Shown here: in pieces, positions 1-9,794 of the stretch | Position numbering within the stretch: the stretch's first letter is position 1 | Layout: each line of letters starts with the position of its first letter | Source of the DNA: Oscillospiraceae bacterium | GTDB taxonomy: Bacteria; Bacillota; Clostridia; Oscillospirales; Oscillospiraceae | Length of the DNA stretch: 64,000 bases | Direction of reading: 5' to 3' | NCBI GenBank assembly: GCA_015068495.1 | Contig: SVKL01000008.1 | Span: 13,892-77,891, forward strand | The notes under the pieces: model-generated | The model's input: the letters and a program-made list of their open reading frames with translations, nothing else | Told to the model about the DNA's origin: nothing | Databases searched by the model: none | Position numbers and translations under genes: made by a program

Positions 1-155
1 AGTTTCCGCCGGAGCAGATTGGCAAAATTCTGGAAGAAGGAAACCGCACCGCCGCCGGCCCTACCGTACCTCCCGGCGGTCTGTATATGACCCATCTGTG
101 GTATGATAACGGATTGGATAAATTTGAATGTCCTTTTTCTACTGAAAATTCATAA
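1..155 (+). CDS. truA: tRNA pseudouridine(38-40) synthase, C-terminal fragment (runs off window start)
   Basis: Frame from nt 3 reads FPPEQIGKILEEGNRTAAGPTVPPGGLYMTHLWY...stop at 153-155, matching the TruA C-terminal R-x-x-AGPT-x-PP-x-GL-x-L motif. Not in the ORF track. Confidence 0.85.
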   Translation, partial: FPPEQIGKILEEGNRTAAGPTVPPGGLYMTHLWYDNGLDKFECPFSTENS

Positions 156-217
156 AATGTTTTCCCATTTCCGGTTTTCGTGTGTTATTCTACCGGAAGA
201 AAGGTTGTGAGAAATGT

Positions 218-2497
218 ATGCAGCCCAAATTGTGTACCAAATGTAAGAAAAATATGGCAGTTTTGTTCATCACGAAGATAGAAAACGGCGTGACGATGAA
301 CGAAGGCTACTGCTTGAAATGCGCCCGTAGCTTGGGAATTCCCCAAATCGATGCGGCAGTGAAGCAAATGGGCTTTTCCGAGGAGGATTTGGAGAATCTG
401 TCAGACGAGATGAGCAATATGTTCGGTCAGATGGAAGCTGAGGATTCCGACGAAACGGAAAGCCGCACAGCCACATTTCCTATGATGAACCAGTTCCTCA
501 GTCAGTTAGGCGGCGAGAAAGGGGAACTAGCTGCCCAAAAACAGGAAGAGGGCAAGGAAGAAAAAGCTTCTAAGGAAAAATCCAAAAAACATAAATTCTT
601 GGACAGCTATTGTATGGATCTTACCGGACGGGCCAAGAAAGGCGCGTTGGATAAGGTGATTGGCAGAGATGTGGAAACCGAGCGTGTTATTCAAATTCTC
701 AACCGCCGGCAGAAAAACAATCCCTGCCTGATTGGTGAACCGGGCGTGGGTAAAACCGCCATTGCCGAGGGTCTTGCCCAGCGGATTGTGGCAGGGGATG
801 TGCCCTATAAACTGCGGGACAAAGAGGTTTTTCTCTTGGACTTGACAGCCTTGGTTGCAGGTACCCAGTTCCGCGGCCAGTTTGAAAGCCGTATGAAGAG
901 CCTCATTACAGAGATTAAAGCCTGTGGCAACATTATTCTGGTAATTGATGAGGTTCATAACCTTGTGGGCGCAGGGGATGCAGAAGGCTCTATGAACGCC
1001 GCAAACATTCTGAAACCTGCCCTTTCCCGTGGTGAAATTCAGGTAATCGGCGCTACCACCTTTAATGAATACCGTAAGCATATTGAAAAGGATGCTGCTT
1101 TGGAGCGGCGCTTCCAGCCCGTAACCGTAAGCGAGCCCTCTATCGAGGAAGCCTGTCAGATTATGCAGGGGATTGCCAAGGCATACGGTGAATTCCACGG
1201 TGTTTCCATATCTCCGGAGATTGCAAGACAGTGTGTCATCCTCTCTGAGCGTTATATCACTGACCGCTTTTTGCCGGACAAAGCAATCGACCTTTTGGAC
1301 GAGGCCTGCTCCGATGTGAATCTGCGCTGCAAGGAAATTTCCCTGCGTGCTGAGAAGAAGAAAGAGCGGGATGACTACGAGCTGGAGCTGCGTATGCTCA
1401 CCGAGGATACAGAAAACGAGCACTACGAGCGTCTTGCGACGATTCGCAGTAAGCTTTGCCAGCTGGCAGCGGAGATTGAGGAACTGGATAAAATCCCTGC
1501 CCCCGCAGTTACGCTGGAGAATCTGGCCCGTATCATTGAACTTTGGACAAAAATCCCTGCCAGCAAAATCAAAGCGCAGGAGTATGAGCAAATCAAAGGC
1601 CTTGCTGACCGCTTGAAAAAGCACATTGTCGGACAGGACGAGGCGGTGGAAGCTGTTGCAAAGGCGATTCGCAGAAATCGCGTCGGCATCAGCCCCAAGA
1701 AGAAACCGGTTTCCTTTATCTTTGTAGGCCCTACCGGCGTGGGTAAGACCGAGCTGGTGAAGTGCTTAGCTAACGATATGTTTGATTCCGTGGATGCCCT
1801 TATCCGGTTGGATATGTCCGAATTTATGGAGAAGCACACGGTTTCCAAGCTGATCGGCTCTCCTCCCGGCTATGTGGGATATGACGAAGCAGGACAGCTG
1901 ACGGAGAAGATTCGCAGAAAACCCTACTCCGTGGTGCTGTTTGATGAAATTGAAAAGGCACATCCGGATGTGCTGAATGTGCTGCTGCAGGTCCTTGACG
2001 ACGGACGGATTACCGACGCCCAAGGCAGAGTGGTCAATTTTGAAAATGCGATTATCGTAATGACCTCCAACGCAGGCTCAGAGGGCAGAGTAGGGGGCTT
2101 AGGCTTCGGCAGAACCGACAATGATATGATTAAGGAAAAGACTATGGGAGCACTTAAGGAGTTCCTGCGTCCTGAATTCCTCAACCGTGTGGATGAGATT
2201 ATCACCTTCAACCGCTTGACGGAAGAAAATTTCCTTGGAATTGCCGATATTATGCTGGAGGAGCTTCGCCAAAGTCTGCAAAATCGTGGCTTAAAGCTCA
2301 CCATCCACGAGGATGTGCGAAAATACTTGGTGGATAAGGCCTATTCCGTCACCTACGGTGCCCGGAATCTCCGCCGGGAAATCCAGAGAAGCTTGGAAGA
2401 TCCTATCAGTGAGAAAATCATTGATTCCTTCGAAAATCCTATTTCTTCCATTGCTGTTTCTGTGAAAAACGGTGAAATCCAGTTAAAAACCAAATAA
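218..2497 (+). CDS. clpC: ATP-dependent Clp protease ATP-binding subunit (ClpC/ClpE type) with N-terminal Cys4 zinc finger
   Basis: Two AAA+ modules ([13 protein letters not shown]; [25 protein letters not shown]-like RLDMSE). N-terminal CxxC...CxxC as in ClpE/McsA. ATG at 218 preferred over GTG at 182. Confidence 0.92.
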   Translation: MQPKLCTKCKKNMAVLFITKIENGVTMNEGYCLKCARSLGIPQIDAAVKQMGFSEEDLENLSDEMSNMFGQMEAEDSDETESRTATFPMMNQFLSQLGGEKGELAAQKQEEGKEEKASKEKSKKHKFLDSYCMDLTGRAKKGALDKVIGRDVETERVIQILNRRQKNNPCLIGEPGVGKTAIAEGLAQRIVAGDVPYKLRDKEVFLLDLTALVAGTQFRGQFESRMKSLITEIKACGNIILVIDEVHNLVGAGDAEGSMNAANILKPALSRGEIQVIGATTFNEYRKHIEKDAALERRFQPVTVSEPSIEEACQIMQGIAKAYGEFHGVSISPEIARQCVILSERYITDRFLPDKAIDLLDEACSDVNLRCKEISLRAEKKKERDDYELELRMLTEDTENEHYERLATIRSKLCQLAAEIEELDKIPAPAVTLENLARIIELWTKIPASKIKAQEYEQIKGLADRLKKHIVGQDEAVEAVAKAIRRNRVGISPKKKPVSFIFVGPTGVGKTELVKCLANDMFDSVDALIRLDMSEFMEKHTVSKLIGSPPGYVGYDEAGQLTEKIRRKPYSVVLFDEIEKAHPDVLNVLLQVLDDGRITDAQGRVVNFENAIIVMTSNAGSEGRVGGLGFGRTDNDMIKEKTMGALKEFLRPEFLNRVDEIITFNRLTEENFLGIADIMLEELRQSLQNRGLKLTIHEDVRKYLVDKAYSVTYGARNLRREIQRSLEDPISEKIIDSFENPISSIAVSVKNGEIQLKTK

Positions 2498-2503
2498 AAC
2501 AGT

Positions 2504-2543
2504 CAACGGGCACAGAGTTTTTTTGTGCCCGTTGTATCTTTTT
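2504..2543 (+). terminator. Rho-independent terminator after clp
   Basis: caacgggcaca / tgtgcccgttg stem followed by tatcttttt. Confidence 0.75.
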
Positions 2544-2592
2544 GGGTGTTATGCTATTATAATAAAAACGCCAAATATAAAGGAGCAGATTT

Positions 2593-3147
2593 ATGCAGTT
2601 GGAAACAGAAAGACTGATTCTGCGGCCGTGGACAGAAGCGGATGCAGAAAGCTTATATGAATATGCAAAAGACCCTGCTGTAGGCTCTGTTGCCGGCTGG
2701 CCGCCTCACAGATGTGTGGATGAAAGTCTGAATGTTATCAGAAATGTGCTGAATGGTCCGCAGTGTTACGCCATTTGCGAAAAAGCCGACAACAAGGCAA
2801 TCGGCGCAGTGGAGTTGAAATTAAAGGGCCACACAGATATGACCCAGCGAGAGGACGAGTGCGAGCTGGGTTATTGGCTGGGCAAGCCCTTTTGGGGCAG
2901 AGGGTATACACCCGAGGCGGCAAAGGCACTTTTGCGTTACGGCTTTGAAACCCTTGGAATGACCACTGTTTGGTGCGGATATTACGATGGAAATGAAAAG
3001 TCAAAACGGGTACAGGAAAAGCTGGGCTTTACGTACCACCATACCTGCGAGCAAGTTGAAGTTCCTTTACTGAACGAAATACGGGGCGGTCATACCAGCT
3101 TTTTGACAAAACAAAATTGGGAAAAGCTGAACAACAAAGATAGCTAA
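2593..3147 (+). CDS. GNAT N-acetyltransferase, RimJ/RimL family
   Basis: LETERLILRPW, ELGYWLGKPFWGRGY, N-x-x-S-x-RVQEKLGF motifs; RBS AAGGAG. Confidence 0.9.
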   Translation: MQLETERLILRPWTEADAESLYEYAKDPAVGSVAGWPPHRCVDESLNVIRNVLNGPQCYAICEKADNKAIGAVELKLKGHTDMTQREDECELGYWLGKPFWGRGYTPEAAKALLRYGFETLGMTTVWCGYYDGNEKSKRVQEKLGFTYHHTCEQVEVPLLNEIRGGHTSFLTKQNWEKLNNKDS

Positions 3148-3152
3148 ATTGT

Positions 3153-3182
3153 AATGGAGCGCATCGTTTGATACGCTCCATT
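3153..3182. terminator. Terminator between convergent GNAT gene and small ORF
   Basis: aatggagcg / cgctccatt inverted repeat. Confidence 0.65.
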
Positions 3183-3204
3183 CGTTACTTTCCAAAATAA
3201 GAAA

Positions 3205-3381
3205 TCAAAGGTCAAATTCGTCGGTAAGCTTGCTGGAAACGCGCCAGGCAACATCCTCTACCTTGTCAGCAGCCTTTGCTGCAAGCCGGCGTGTGGGATT
3301 GTTCCGCGGCATCGCAAGAATTGCCACTGCGCCTGCGGCAGCACCCAGTCCAAGCGCAATTGCCCATCCTTTCATTTGCAT
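3205..3381 (-). CDS. 58-aa small membrane-anchored protein (YtxH-like architecture)
   Basis: MQMKGWAIALGLGAAAGAVAILAMPRNNPTRRLAAKAADKVEDVAWRVSSKLTDEFDL; RBS AAAGGGGG upstream; N-terminal Gly/Ala hydrophobic helix then a charged helix. Below the ORF-track cutoff. Confidence 0.75.
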   Translation of the reverse strand: MQMKGWAIALGLGAAAGAVAILAMPRNNPTRRLAAKAADKVEDVAWRVSSKLTDEFDL

Positions 3382-3467
3382 CTTTTTTCGCCCCCTTTCG
3401 CCCTTAGTATTCCCCGTGAAACAGGAATCACCAGTGGAAAGGTTTCACACTTTATGTAGAAAATCAG

Positions 3468-3488
3468 GGCGTGCTGCTTGCACGCCCC
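3468..3488 (-). terminator. Terminator after small lipoprotein gene
   Basis: gggcgtgc / gcacgccc stem, T-rich tail on the minus strand. Confidence 0.6.
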
Positions 3489-3493
3489 GTTTT

Positions 3494-3751
3494 TTACATA
3501 GGGGAAAATCTTGCCTGACCGGTTGTGCCGTTGTTTTCAGGAAGCATATCAGGCATTGCGGTGTCTACGGTTGGGTCGGGGATGTTGGTCTCCGGAACGG
3601 GGACAACCATAGTTTCCGTAGGCATTGCGTTATTGGTGCTGGGGGTTGTGTTTGTAGAAGGTGTTGTGGCGGGGGCTGTGTTGGTACATGCGCAGGCGCA
3701 CAGAGAAAGTGCCAAAACAAGACACAGAGCGAAAATAGCAATCTTTTTCAT
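3494..3751 (-). CDS. 85-aa Thr/Pro/Asn-rich lipoprotein
   Basis: MKKIAIFALCLVLALSLCAC lipoprotein signal, then a low-complexity T/P/N tail; RBS AGGAGG. Confidence 0.75.
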   Translation of the reverse strand: MKKIAIFALCLVLALSLCACACTNTAPATTPSTNTTPSTNNAMPTETMVVPVPETNIPDPTVDTAMPDMLPENNGTTGQARFSPM

Positions 3752-3868
3752 AAAAATCCTCCTGTTATTTGATTTCAGAATTAGTATTTCCCCGAATAAT
3801 GTCCTTAGACTGGAAAGATATAACAATATATTATTTTTGAATTTGAACGAAAAAATGAAAATAAGCCA

Positions 3869-3897
3869 TTGCTATTTTCTGTTTGGTAGAGTATAAT
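3869..3897 (+). promoter_or_regulatory. sigma-A-type promoter of ferredoxin gene
   Basis: TTGCTA-17-TATAAT. Confidence 0.65.
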
Positions 3898-3935
3898 ATA
3901 CGGGAAATATATGAAATAAAGGAGAATTCATTTCT

Positions 3936-4322
3936 ATGAAGAAGCTCGCTGTAAAAAAGGATATCCAGTGTATGGCTTGCTTGGAGTGCGTCAGCGCTTG
4001 CTCCAAGGCTTTCTATAAGGAATTTCATCAGGACTTGTCCTGCATCCAAATTGTGGAGAAAAACGGATCTCCTAAGCCTATGACCTGCATTCAGTGCGGT
4101 AAGTGCGCAAAGGTTTGCGAAGCCGGCGCCATTACCCAGAACCCCAAGACAGGCGTTTATATGATCAACAAGAAACTGTGTACCTCCTGTGGCAAGTGCG
4201 TGGAAGCCTGCCCCATGAAGGTGATGGTTGCACCTAAGGAAGGTCCTACAAGCAAGTGCATCGCTTGCGGAATCTGTGTAAAGGCTTGTCCTATGGAGCT
4301 TTTGGAAATCGTAGAGAAGTAA
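3936..4322 (+). CDS. Four-cluster 4Fe-4S ferredoxin-like electron transfer protein (DmsB/HydN/CooF-like)
   Basis: Four CxxCxxCxxxC motifs; RBS AAGGAG. Confidence 0.88.
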   Translation: MKKLAVKKDIQCMACLECVSACSKAFYKEFHQDLSCIQIVEKNGSPKPMTCIQCGKCAKVCEAGAITQNPKTGVYMINKKLCTSCGKCVEACPMKVMVAPKEGPTSKCIACGICVKACPMELLEIVEK

Positions 4323-4335
4323 AATCTACATATTT

Positions 4336-4365
4336 AACAGTCGGGATTTTTCCCGACTGTTTTTT
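4336..4365 (+). terminator. Rho-independent terminator
   Basis: aacagtcggga / tcccgactgtt plus T tract. Confidence 0.8.
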
Positions 4366-4398
4366 GTAGAAATAATTGAAAATTAACAGCTGTAATAA

Positions 4399-4427
4399 TT
4401 GCATATTGTTACGAAATATGCTATACT
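4399..4427 (+). promoter_or_regulatory. sigma-A promoter of murB-whiA-dnaE
   Basis: TTGCAT-17-TATACT with extended -10 TG. Confidence 0.6.
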
Positions 4428-4455
4428 GTAACCAATCATACGCCCGGAGGAGTTT

Positions 4456-5367
4456 ATGACAATTATGACTGATTTTCAGCAGAAAATATCCGCTTTATTG
4501 CCAAATATTGAACTTCGTCTGGAAGAACCTATGGCAAAGCATACCTCGTTTCACATCGGAGGTCCGGTTGAGGTAATGGCGTTTCCCCAAAATAAGGAAG
4601 CGTTGAGAGAAATTTTGAAAGTGTCCGCTTTGTTGGACTGTAAGCCTGCTATTCTAGGGGCAGGAACAAACATTTTAGCTCCGGATGAGGGTATCCGCGG
4701 GTTAATTGTGTGCCTGAAGAACTGCGAAGACAGCCTCGTACAATTGGATGCTACCCACATTCAGGTATCCGCAGGGGTGAGTATGGCGCGGTGCGCTGCC
4801 TTTGCAGCGAATTTAGGCTTGTCCGGCCTTGAATTTGCCCACGGGATTCCCGGCTCTGTTGGCGGCGGCGTGTATATGAACGCAGGCGCCTACGGCGGCG
4901 AAATCTGTCAGGTCTGCACGCAGGTAGAGATTATGGACTTAGACGGCAGCAGCCGCACAATAAGCGGCGAGGAGATGGCGTTTTCCTATCGCCACAGCCG
5001 GTTGGAGGACGAGGGTGGCATTGTGGTCAGCGCCACATTTTCCCTTGTGCCCAAAGCTGCAGATGAAATCCGCAGCACAATGCAGGAGCTGATGTGCCGG
5101 CGCAGAAACTCTCAGCCGCTGGATATGCCTTCGGCCGGCTCCACATTCAAGCGTCCGGTTGGCGGCTATGCCGCAGAGCTTATCGACCGCACCGGTCTGA
5201 AGGGCTATCGCGTCGGCGGCGCGGCTGTTTCCGAAAAGCACGCAGGTTTTGTGGTAAATTTAGGGGGTGCAACATCCCGTGATGTGCAGAAGCTAATGGA
5301 GGAGGTCTCCTGCAAGGTACTTGCGCATACGGGAATTCAGCTGGAACCTGAGGTTCGTATCTGGTAA
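4456..5367 (+). CDS. murB: UDP-N-acetylmuramate dehydrogenase
   Basis: HTSFHIGG, GAGTN, GIPGSVGG..MNAGAYG, PSAGSTFKRP, SEKHAGF, LEPEV motifs. Confidence 0.96.
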   Translation: MTIMTDFQQKISALLPNIELRLEEPMAKHTSFHIGGPVEVMAFPQNKEALREILKVSALLDCKPAILGAGTNILAPDEGIRGLIVCLKNCEDSLVQLDATHIQVSAGVSMARCAAFAANLGLSGLEFAHGIPGSVGGGVYMNAGAYGGEICQVCTQVEIMDLDGSSRTISGEEMAFSYRHSRLEDEGGIVVSATFSLVPKAADEIRSTMQELMCRRRNSQPLDMPSAGSTFKRPVGGYAAELIDRTGLKGYRVGGAAVSEKHAGFVVNLGGATSRDVQKLMEEVSCKVLAHTGIQLEPEVRIW

Positions 5368-5379
5368 GGAGTGTTCTTT

Positions 5380-6291
5380 ATGGCGGTGTCTTTTTCCGGC
5401 AATACAAAGGCAGAAATCTGCCGTTATAATCCGGCGAAGCGCTGCTGTGCCTTAGCGGAATGCTTTGGAATTTTGCTTTTTTGCAACAGCTTTCGCTGGG
5501 ATGGGATTCGTATCATCACGGAAAGCCGTGAGTTTGCCCAGCTGCTTCCCAAGCTGTTCAAGAAAGCCTTTGGTATCACCTTCGATATGATGCCAGAGGA
5601 GAGAAACACAGGAAAACTGAATTTTCAAATTATCAATCGGGATAAAATCCATCAAATTATGGATGCTTACGGCTTTAATGCAAACGATACCCTGTCGCTG
5701 CACATTAACCTTCCTATTGTGGAAGAGGATTGCTGCAAAGCCGCTTTTTTCAAGGGTGCTTTTCTGGCAGGCGGCTCTGTAACAGACCCGGCTAAGGGCT
5801 ACCATATTGAATTAACCACCACCCACAGCAGCGTGGCGCGGGAATGTGACAGCTTGATGCAGGAGATTCTGCATTTTCAGCCGAAATTCACTACCCGCGG
5901 CGGCAGCCACGTACTGTACCTGAAGCAGAGCGATTTGATTTCCGATTGCCTGACCTATCTGGGTGCTCCGGTTGCCGCAATGGGCATTATGGAAGCCAAG
6001 CTGGAAAAGGAACTGAACAACAAGGTGAACCGCCGGTGTAATTGCGATGATGCCAATACATCCAAGGTGGTGGAGGCTGCGCAGGAGCAGCTGTCTGCCA
6101 TTCGCATTCTCAAAGATAGGGGAGCCTATCAAAATTTACCTGTTAAACTACAGCAGGCAGCACGCGCAAGGGAAGAAAATCCGGAAGCATCCCTGACGGA
6201 GCTTGCCGCGATGATGTCACCGCCCATCAGCAAACCCGCTATGAACCATCGGTTGCAAAAGCTGGTACTGCTGTCACAGGAGGAAACGTAA
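5380..6291 (+). CDS. whiA: DNA-binding protein WhiA
   Basis: GAFLAGGSVTDP..YHIE, NRRCNCDDAN, LTELA..SKPAMNHRL motifs; ATG 5380 after RBS AAGGAG. Confidence 0.92.
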   Translation: MAVSFSGNTKAEICRYNPAKRCCALAECFGILLFCNSFRWDGIRIITESREFAQLLPKLFKKAFGITFDMMPEERNTGKLNFQIINRDKIHQIMDAYGFNANDTLSLHINLPIVEEDCCKAAFFKGAFLAGGSVTDPAKGYHIELTTTHSSVARECDSLMQEILHFQPKFTTRGGSHVLYLKQSDLISDCLTYLGAPVAAMGIMEAKLEKELNNKVNRRCNCDDANTSKVVEAAQEQLSAIRILKDRGAYQNLPVKLQQAARAREENPEASLTELAAMMSPPISKPAMNHRLQKLVLLSQEET

Positions 6292-9200
6292 ATGAGCTTT
6301 GTACATCTACATTTGCATACAGAATACAGCCTCTTGGACGGTGCCTGTCGGATTGAGGGACTAATGGACAGAGTCAAGGAGCTGGGGCAGGACGCGGTTG
6401 CCATTACCGACCACGGCGTTATGTACGGCTGTATTGACTTTTATAAGGCGGCAAAGGCTGCCGGAGTGAAGCCCATCATCGGCTGTGAGGTGTATGTTGC
6501 GCCTCGTGCTATGTCCGACCGGGTCCACGGAATCGATAATGACCCGTATCACTTGGTTCTCCTATGTAAAGACAGAACCGGCTATGAAAACCTGTGTTAT
6601 TTGGTGTCCCAAGCCTTTCAAGAGGGCTTTTACGGCAAGCCCCGTGTGGACTTGGTACTTTTGCGAGAGCATCACGAGGGCTTGATTGCTACCTCTGCCT
6701 GCCTTGCCGGCGGTGTTGCCCGGCAGCTTTTGCAGGAGGATTATGACGCGGCAAAAGCTTATGCTATTTCTCTTGCGGATATTTTTGGCGAGGATAACTT
6801 CTATTTGGAGCTGCAGGACCACGGCATTCCGGAGCAGACCCCTGTGAATCAGAGGATTATGCGGATTGCCCGGGAGACGGGGCTGCCGCTGATTGTTTCC
6901 AACGATGCCCACTATCTGCGCAAAGAGGATGCGCAGATGCAGGACGTTCTGCTGTGCGTCCAAACAGGCAAAACAGTGGACGACCCCAACCGAATGAAAT
7001 TCCAAACGGAGGAGTTTTACCTTAAAAGCGAGGAGGAACTGCGCCGTCTATTTCCCAATTGTGAGGAAGCCTTTGAAAATACGCAAAAGATTGCAGACCG
7101 CTGCAATTTAGAGTTTGTTTTTAACGAGTATCACCTGCCGTCATTCCCTGTGCCGGAGGGGTACACCAATGAGCAATATTTCCGTAAGCTCTGTGAAGAC
7201 GGCTTTGCAGAGCGCTACCCCCATGCACCGGAAGAATATCGGGAACGGTTAGAATATGAAATCGGTGTTATCAGCCGAATGGGTTATATCAACTATTATC
7301 TGATTGTTTGGGATTTTATCCGCTACGCAAAAGAGCAGGGGATTCCTGTAGGCCCGGGCCGTGGCTCAGGCGCAGCGTCGATTGTTGCCTACTGTATGCA
7401 CATTACAGAGGTTGACCCTATGAAGTATGCGCTGATTTTTGAGCGCTTCTTAAATCCCGAGCGTGTCAGTATGCCCGATTTTGATACGGACTTTTGCCAA
7501 GAGCGCCGTGGCGAAGTGATTGACTACGTTATGCGCAAATACGGTGCAGATCACGTGGCGCAGATTGCCACATTCGGTACAATGGCAGCCCGTGGCGCTA
7601 TTCGCGATGTGGGCAGAGCCTTGAATTTTACCTACGCGGAAACAGACGTGGTTGCAAAGCTGGTGCCCACGATGCCCCTGCACATTACGCTGAAGGATGC
7701 ACTGAATGTATCTCCGAAGCTGAAAGAAATGTACGACGGTGACGTGCGTGTAAAAACCCTCATCGATACTGCGATGAGTTTGGAGGGAATGCCCAGAAAC
7801 ACCTCCACTCACGCCGCCGGTGTGGTGATTACAGCCCAGCCTGTGCATACCTATGTACCTTTGGCCCGCAATGACGAAACCACTGTCACCCAGTATACGA
7901 TGACCACCATTGAAGAGCTTGGACTTTTGAAGATGGACTTTTTGGGCCTGCGGAACTTAACGGTTATTGAGGACGCAGAGCGGCAAATCCGTGAGCTTGA
8001 GCCGGATTTTGATATTGACAAGGTGCCGGACGATGATCCTGAAACCTTCCAAATGCTTGCCGAGGGCAAGACACAAGGCGTGTTCCAGCTGGAATCTGCA
8101 GGCATTACCGGCGTTTGTATCAATATGAAGCCCACCTCTATCGAGGATATGACGGCAATTGTTGCCCTTTACCGTCCGGGACCAATGGACTCCATTCCAA
8201 AGTTTATTGCCAATAAGCTGGACCACAGCAAAATCACTTACAAAACACCGCTTTTGGAGCCGATTTTGAAGGTGACCTACGGCTGTATCGTCTATCAGGA
8301 GCAGGTTATTGAGATCTTCCGTTCCTTAGGCGGCTACACTATGGGACAAGCAGATAACATTCGCCGGGCCATCTCCAAAAAGAAGATGAAGGTTATTGAC
8401 GCTGAGCGTAATATCTTTGTCTACGGCGATAAGGAAAACGGAATCCCCGGCGCAGTAGCAAAGGGTGTGCCGGAGCAGGTTGCCCAGTCCATTTACGATG
8501 AAATCGTTGACTTTGCAAACTATGCTTTTAACAAGGCCCACGCGGTGTGTTACGCGGTGGTATCCTACCAAACGGCGTACCTGAAGTGCCATTATCCAAA
8601 GCAGTATATGGCGGCGCTGATGACATCAGTTTTGGATTCTGCCACCAAAATCTCCGGCTATATTGCCGAGTGTAAGGACTTGGGTATTGCCACTCTGCCG
8701 CCGGATGTGAACCATTCTATGGACAATTTTGCAGTGGAGGGTGACTCAATCCGGTTTGGTCTTGGCGCTGTGAAAAATGTGGGCAGAGGCCTCATTCGCA
8801 GTATGGTTGCCAAGCGTAATGAAGACGGACCTTTCCAATCTCTGGAGGATTTTATCCAAAGAATGGGTGACGAACTGAACAAGCGGGCAGTGGAGAACTT
8901 TATCAAATGCGGCGCTATGGACTGCTTTGGTCACCACCGCAGCGAGCTGCTTGCGGTTTATGACAGTATGATGGATGCGATTTCCGCTTCCCGGAAGAAA
9001 AATCTGGACGGTCAAATCGGGATGTTTGCGATGCTGCAGGATACCGAGGATGCAATTGCCATTCCCATTCCAAAGCTTGCGGAGATGAACAAAGCGGATT
9101 TGATGCTGCTGGAAAAGGAAACCACAGGCATTTATCTGTCCGGTCACCCGATGGATGACTACCGGCATCTGCTGAAGGGGACACACGTTGTGCCCATTGG

Positions 9201-9744
9201 CGCGTTGCTGGATGAGGAAAACGCCTATCAGGATGACCAGATTGTGAGCATTGCCGGCGTGGTGCAGACCATTAAGATGAAGACCACCCGGAATAACTCT
9301 ATGATGGCATACGTAACCTTAGAGGACGATACGGCATCCATTGAGATGCTGGCATTTTCCAACGTGCTGAATCAGTACGGCGGTTATCTGAAAGAGAATC
9401 AGCCTGTAGTGATTGTGGGCAGAATTTCAATGCGTGACGACAAGGAACCGCAGATTGTGATCAATCGGGCACGCCCTATGTCAGATTTTGCCAACCAACC
9501 CTACGTAGAAGAACAGTCACCTACAGTGCAGCACACAGGCACGCTGTATTTGCGTCTGCCCAGTGAAGCAGAGCCGCTGTTTGGTAGGATACGCGCCATA
9601 CTCAATATGTTCCCCGGTGAAAGTCCGGTGGTTGTCTATTTTGCAGATACCAAGAAGCGGCGGGGAAGCACCTGCACCTTGCACAGCCGTATGCTGAGCG
9701 AGCTGACTCACGTGCTGGGGCAGGAGAATGTTGTTGTAAAATAG
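6292..9744 (+). CDS. dnaE: DNA polymerase III alpha subunit
   Basis: PHP domain HLHLHTEYSLLDG, GPGRGSGA, FERFLNPERVSMPDFDTDF, YAFNKAHA, OB fold. Confidence 0.98.
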   Translation: MSFVHLHLHTEYSLLDGACRIEGLMDRVKELGQDAVAITDHGVMYGCIDFYKAAKAAGVKPIIGCEVYVAPRAMSDRVHGIDNDPYHLVLLCKDRTGYENLCYLVSQAFQEGFYGKPRVDLVLLREHHEGLIATSACLAGGVARQLLQEDYDAAKAYAISLADIFGEDNFYLELQDHGIPEQTPVNQRIMRIARETGLPLIVSNDAHYLRKEDAQMQDVLLCVQTGKTVDDPNRMKFQTEEFYLKSEEELRRLFPNCEEAFENTQKIADRCNLEFVFNEYHLPSFPVPEGYTNEQYFRKLCEDGFAERYPHAPEEYRERLEYEIGVISRMGYINYYLIVWDFIRYAKEQGIPVGPGRGSGAASIVAYCMHITEVDPMKYALIFERFLNPERVSMPDFDTDFCQERRGEVIDYVMRKYGADHVAQIATFGTMAARGAIRDVGRALNFTYAETDVVAKLVPTMPLHITLKDALNVSPKLKEMYDGDVRVKTLIDTAMSLEGMPRNTSTHAAGVVITAQPVHTYVPLARNDETTVTQYTMTTIEELGLLKMDFLGLRNLTVIEDAERQIRELEPDFDIDKVPDDDPETFQMLAEGKTQGVFQLESAGITGVCINMKPTSIEDMTAIVALYRPGPMDSIPKFIANKLDHSKITYKTPLLEPILKVTYGCIVYQEQVIEIFRSLGGYTMGQADNIRRAISKKKMKVIDAERNIFVYGDKENGIPGAVAKGVPEQVAQSIYDEIVDFANYAFNKAHAVCYAVVSYQTAYLKCHYPKQYMAALMTSVLDSATKISGYIAECKDLGIATLPPDVNHSMDNFAVEGDSIRFGLGAVKNVGRGLIRSMVAKRNEDGPFQSLEDFIQRMGDELNKRAVENFIKCGAMDCFGHHRSELLAVYDSMMDAISASRKKNLDGQIGMFAMLQDTEDAIAIPIPKLAEMNKADLMLLEKETTGIYLSGHPMDDYRHLLKGTHVVPIGALLDEENAYQDDQIVSIAGVVQTIKMKTTRNNSMMAYVTLEDDTASIEMLAFSNVLNQYGGYLKENQPVVIVGRISMRDDKEPQIVINRARPMSDFANQPYVEEQSPTVQHTGTLYLRLPSEAEPLFGRIRAILNMFPGESPVVVYFADTKKRRGSTCTLHSRMLSELTHVLGQENVVVK

Positions 9745-9794
9745 CTTTTCATTTACACAGCAATGTGTTATACTATCTTGAAGGGGGTGTTGCC

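Noticed and set aside
527-1624. Long antisense ORFs over clp (and similar ones over recA, carB, purF, glyA)
   Set aside because: Shadows of well-supported genes, without their own RBS or motifs.
3203-3217. Possible CtsR box (AATCAAA GGTCAAA)
   Set aside because: It lacks the 3-nt spacer, lies at the end of the small ORF and is not upstream of clp.
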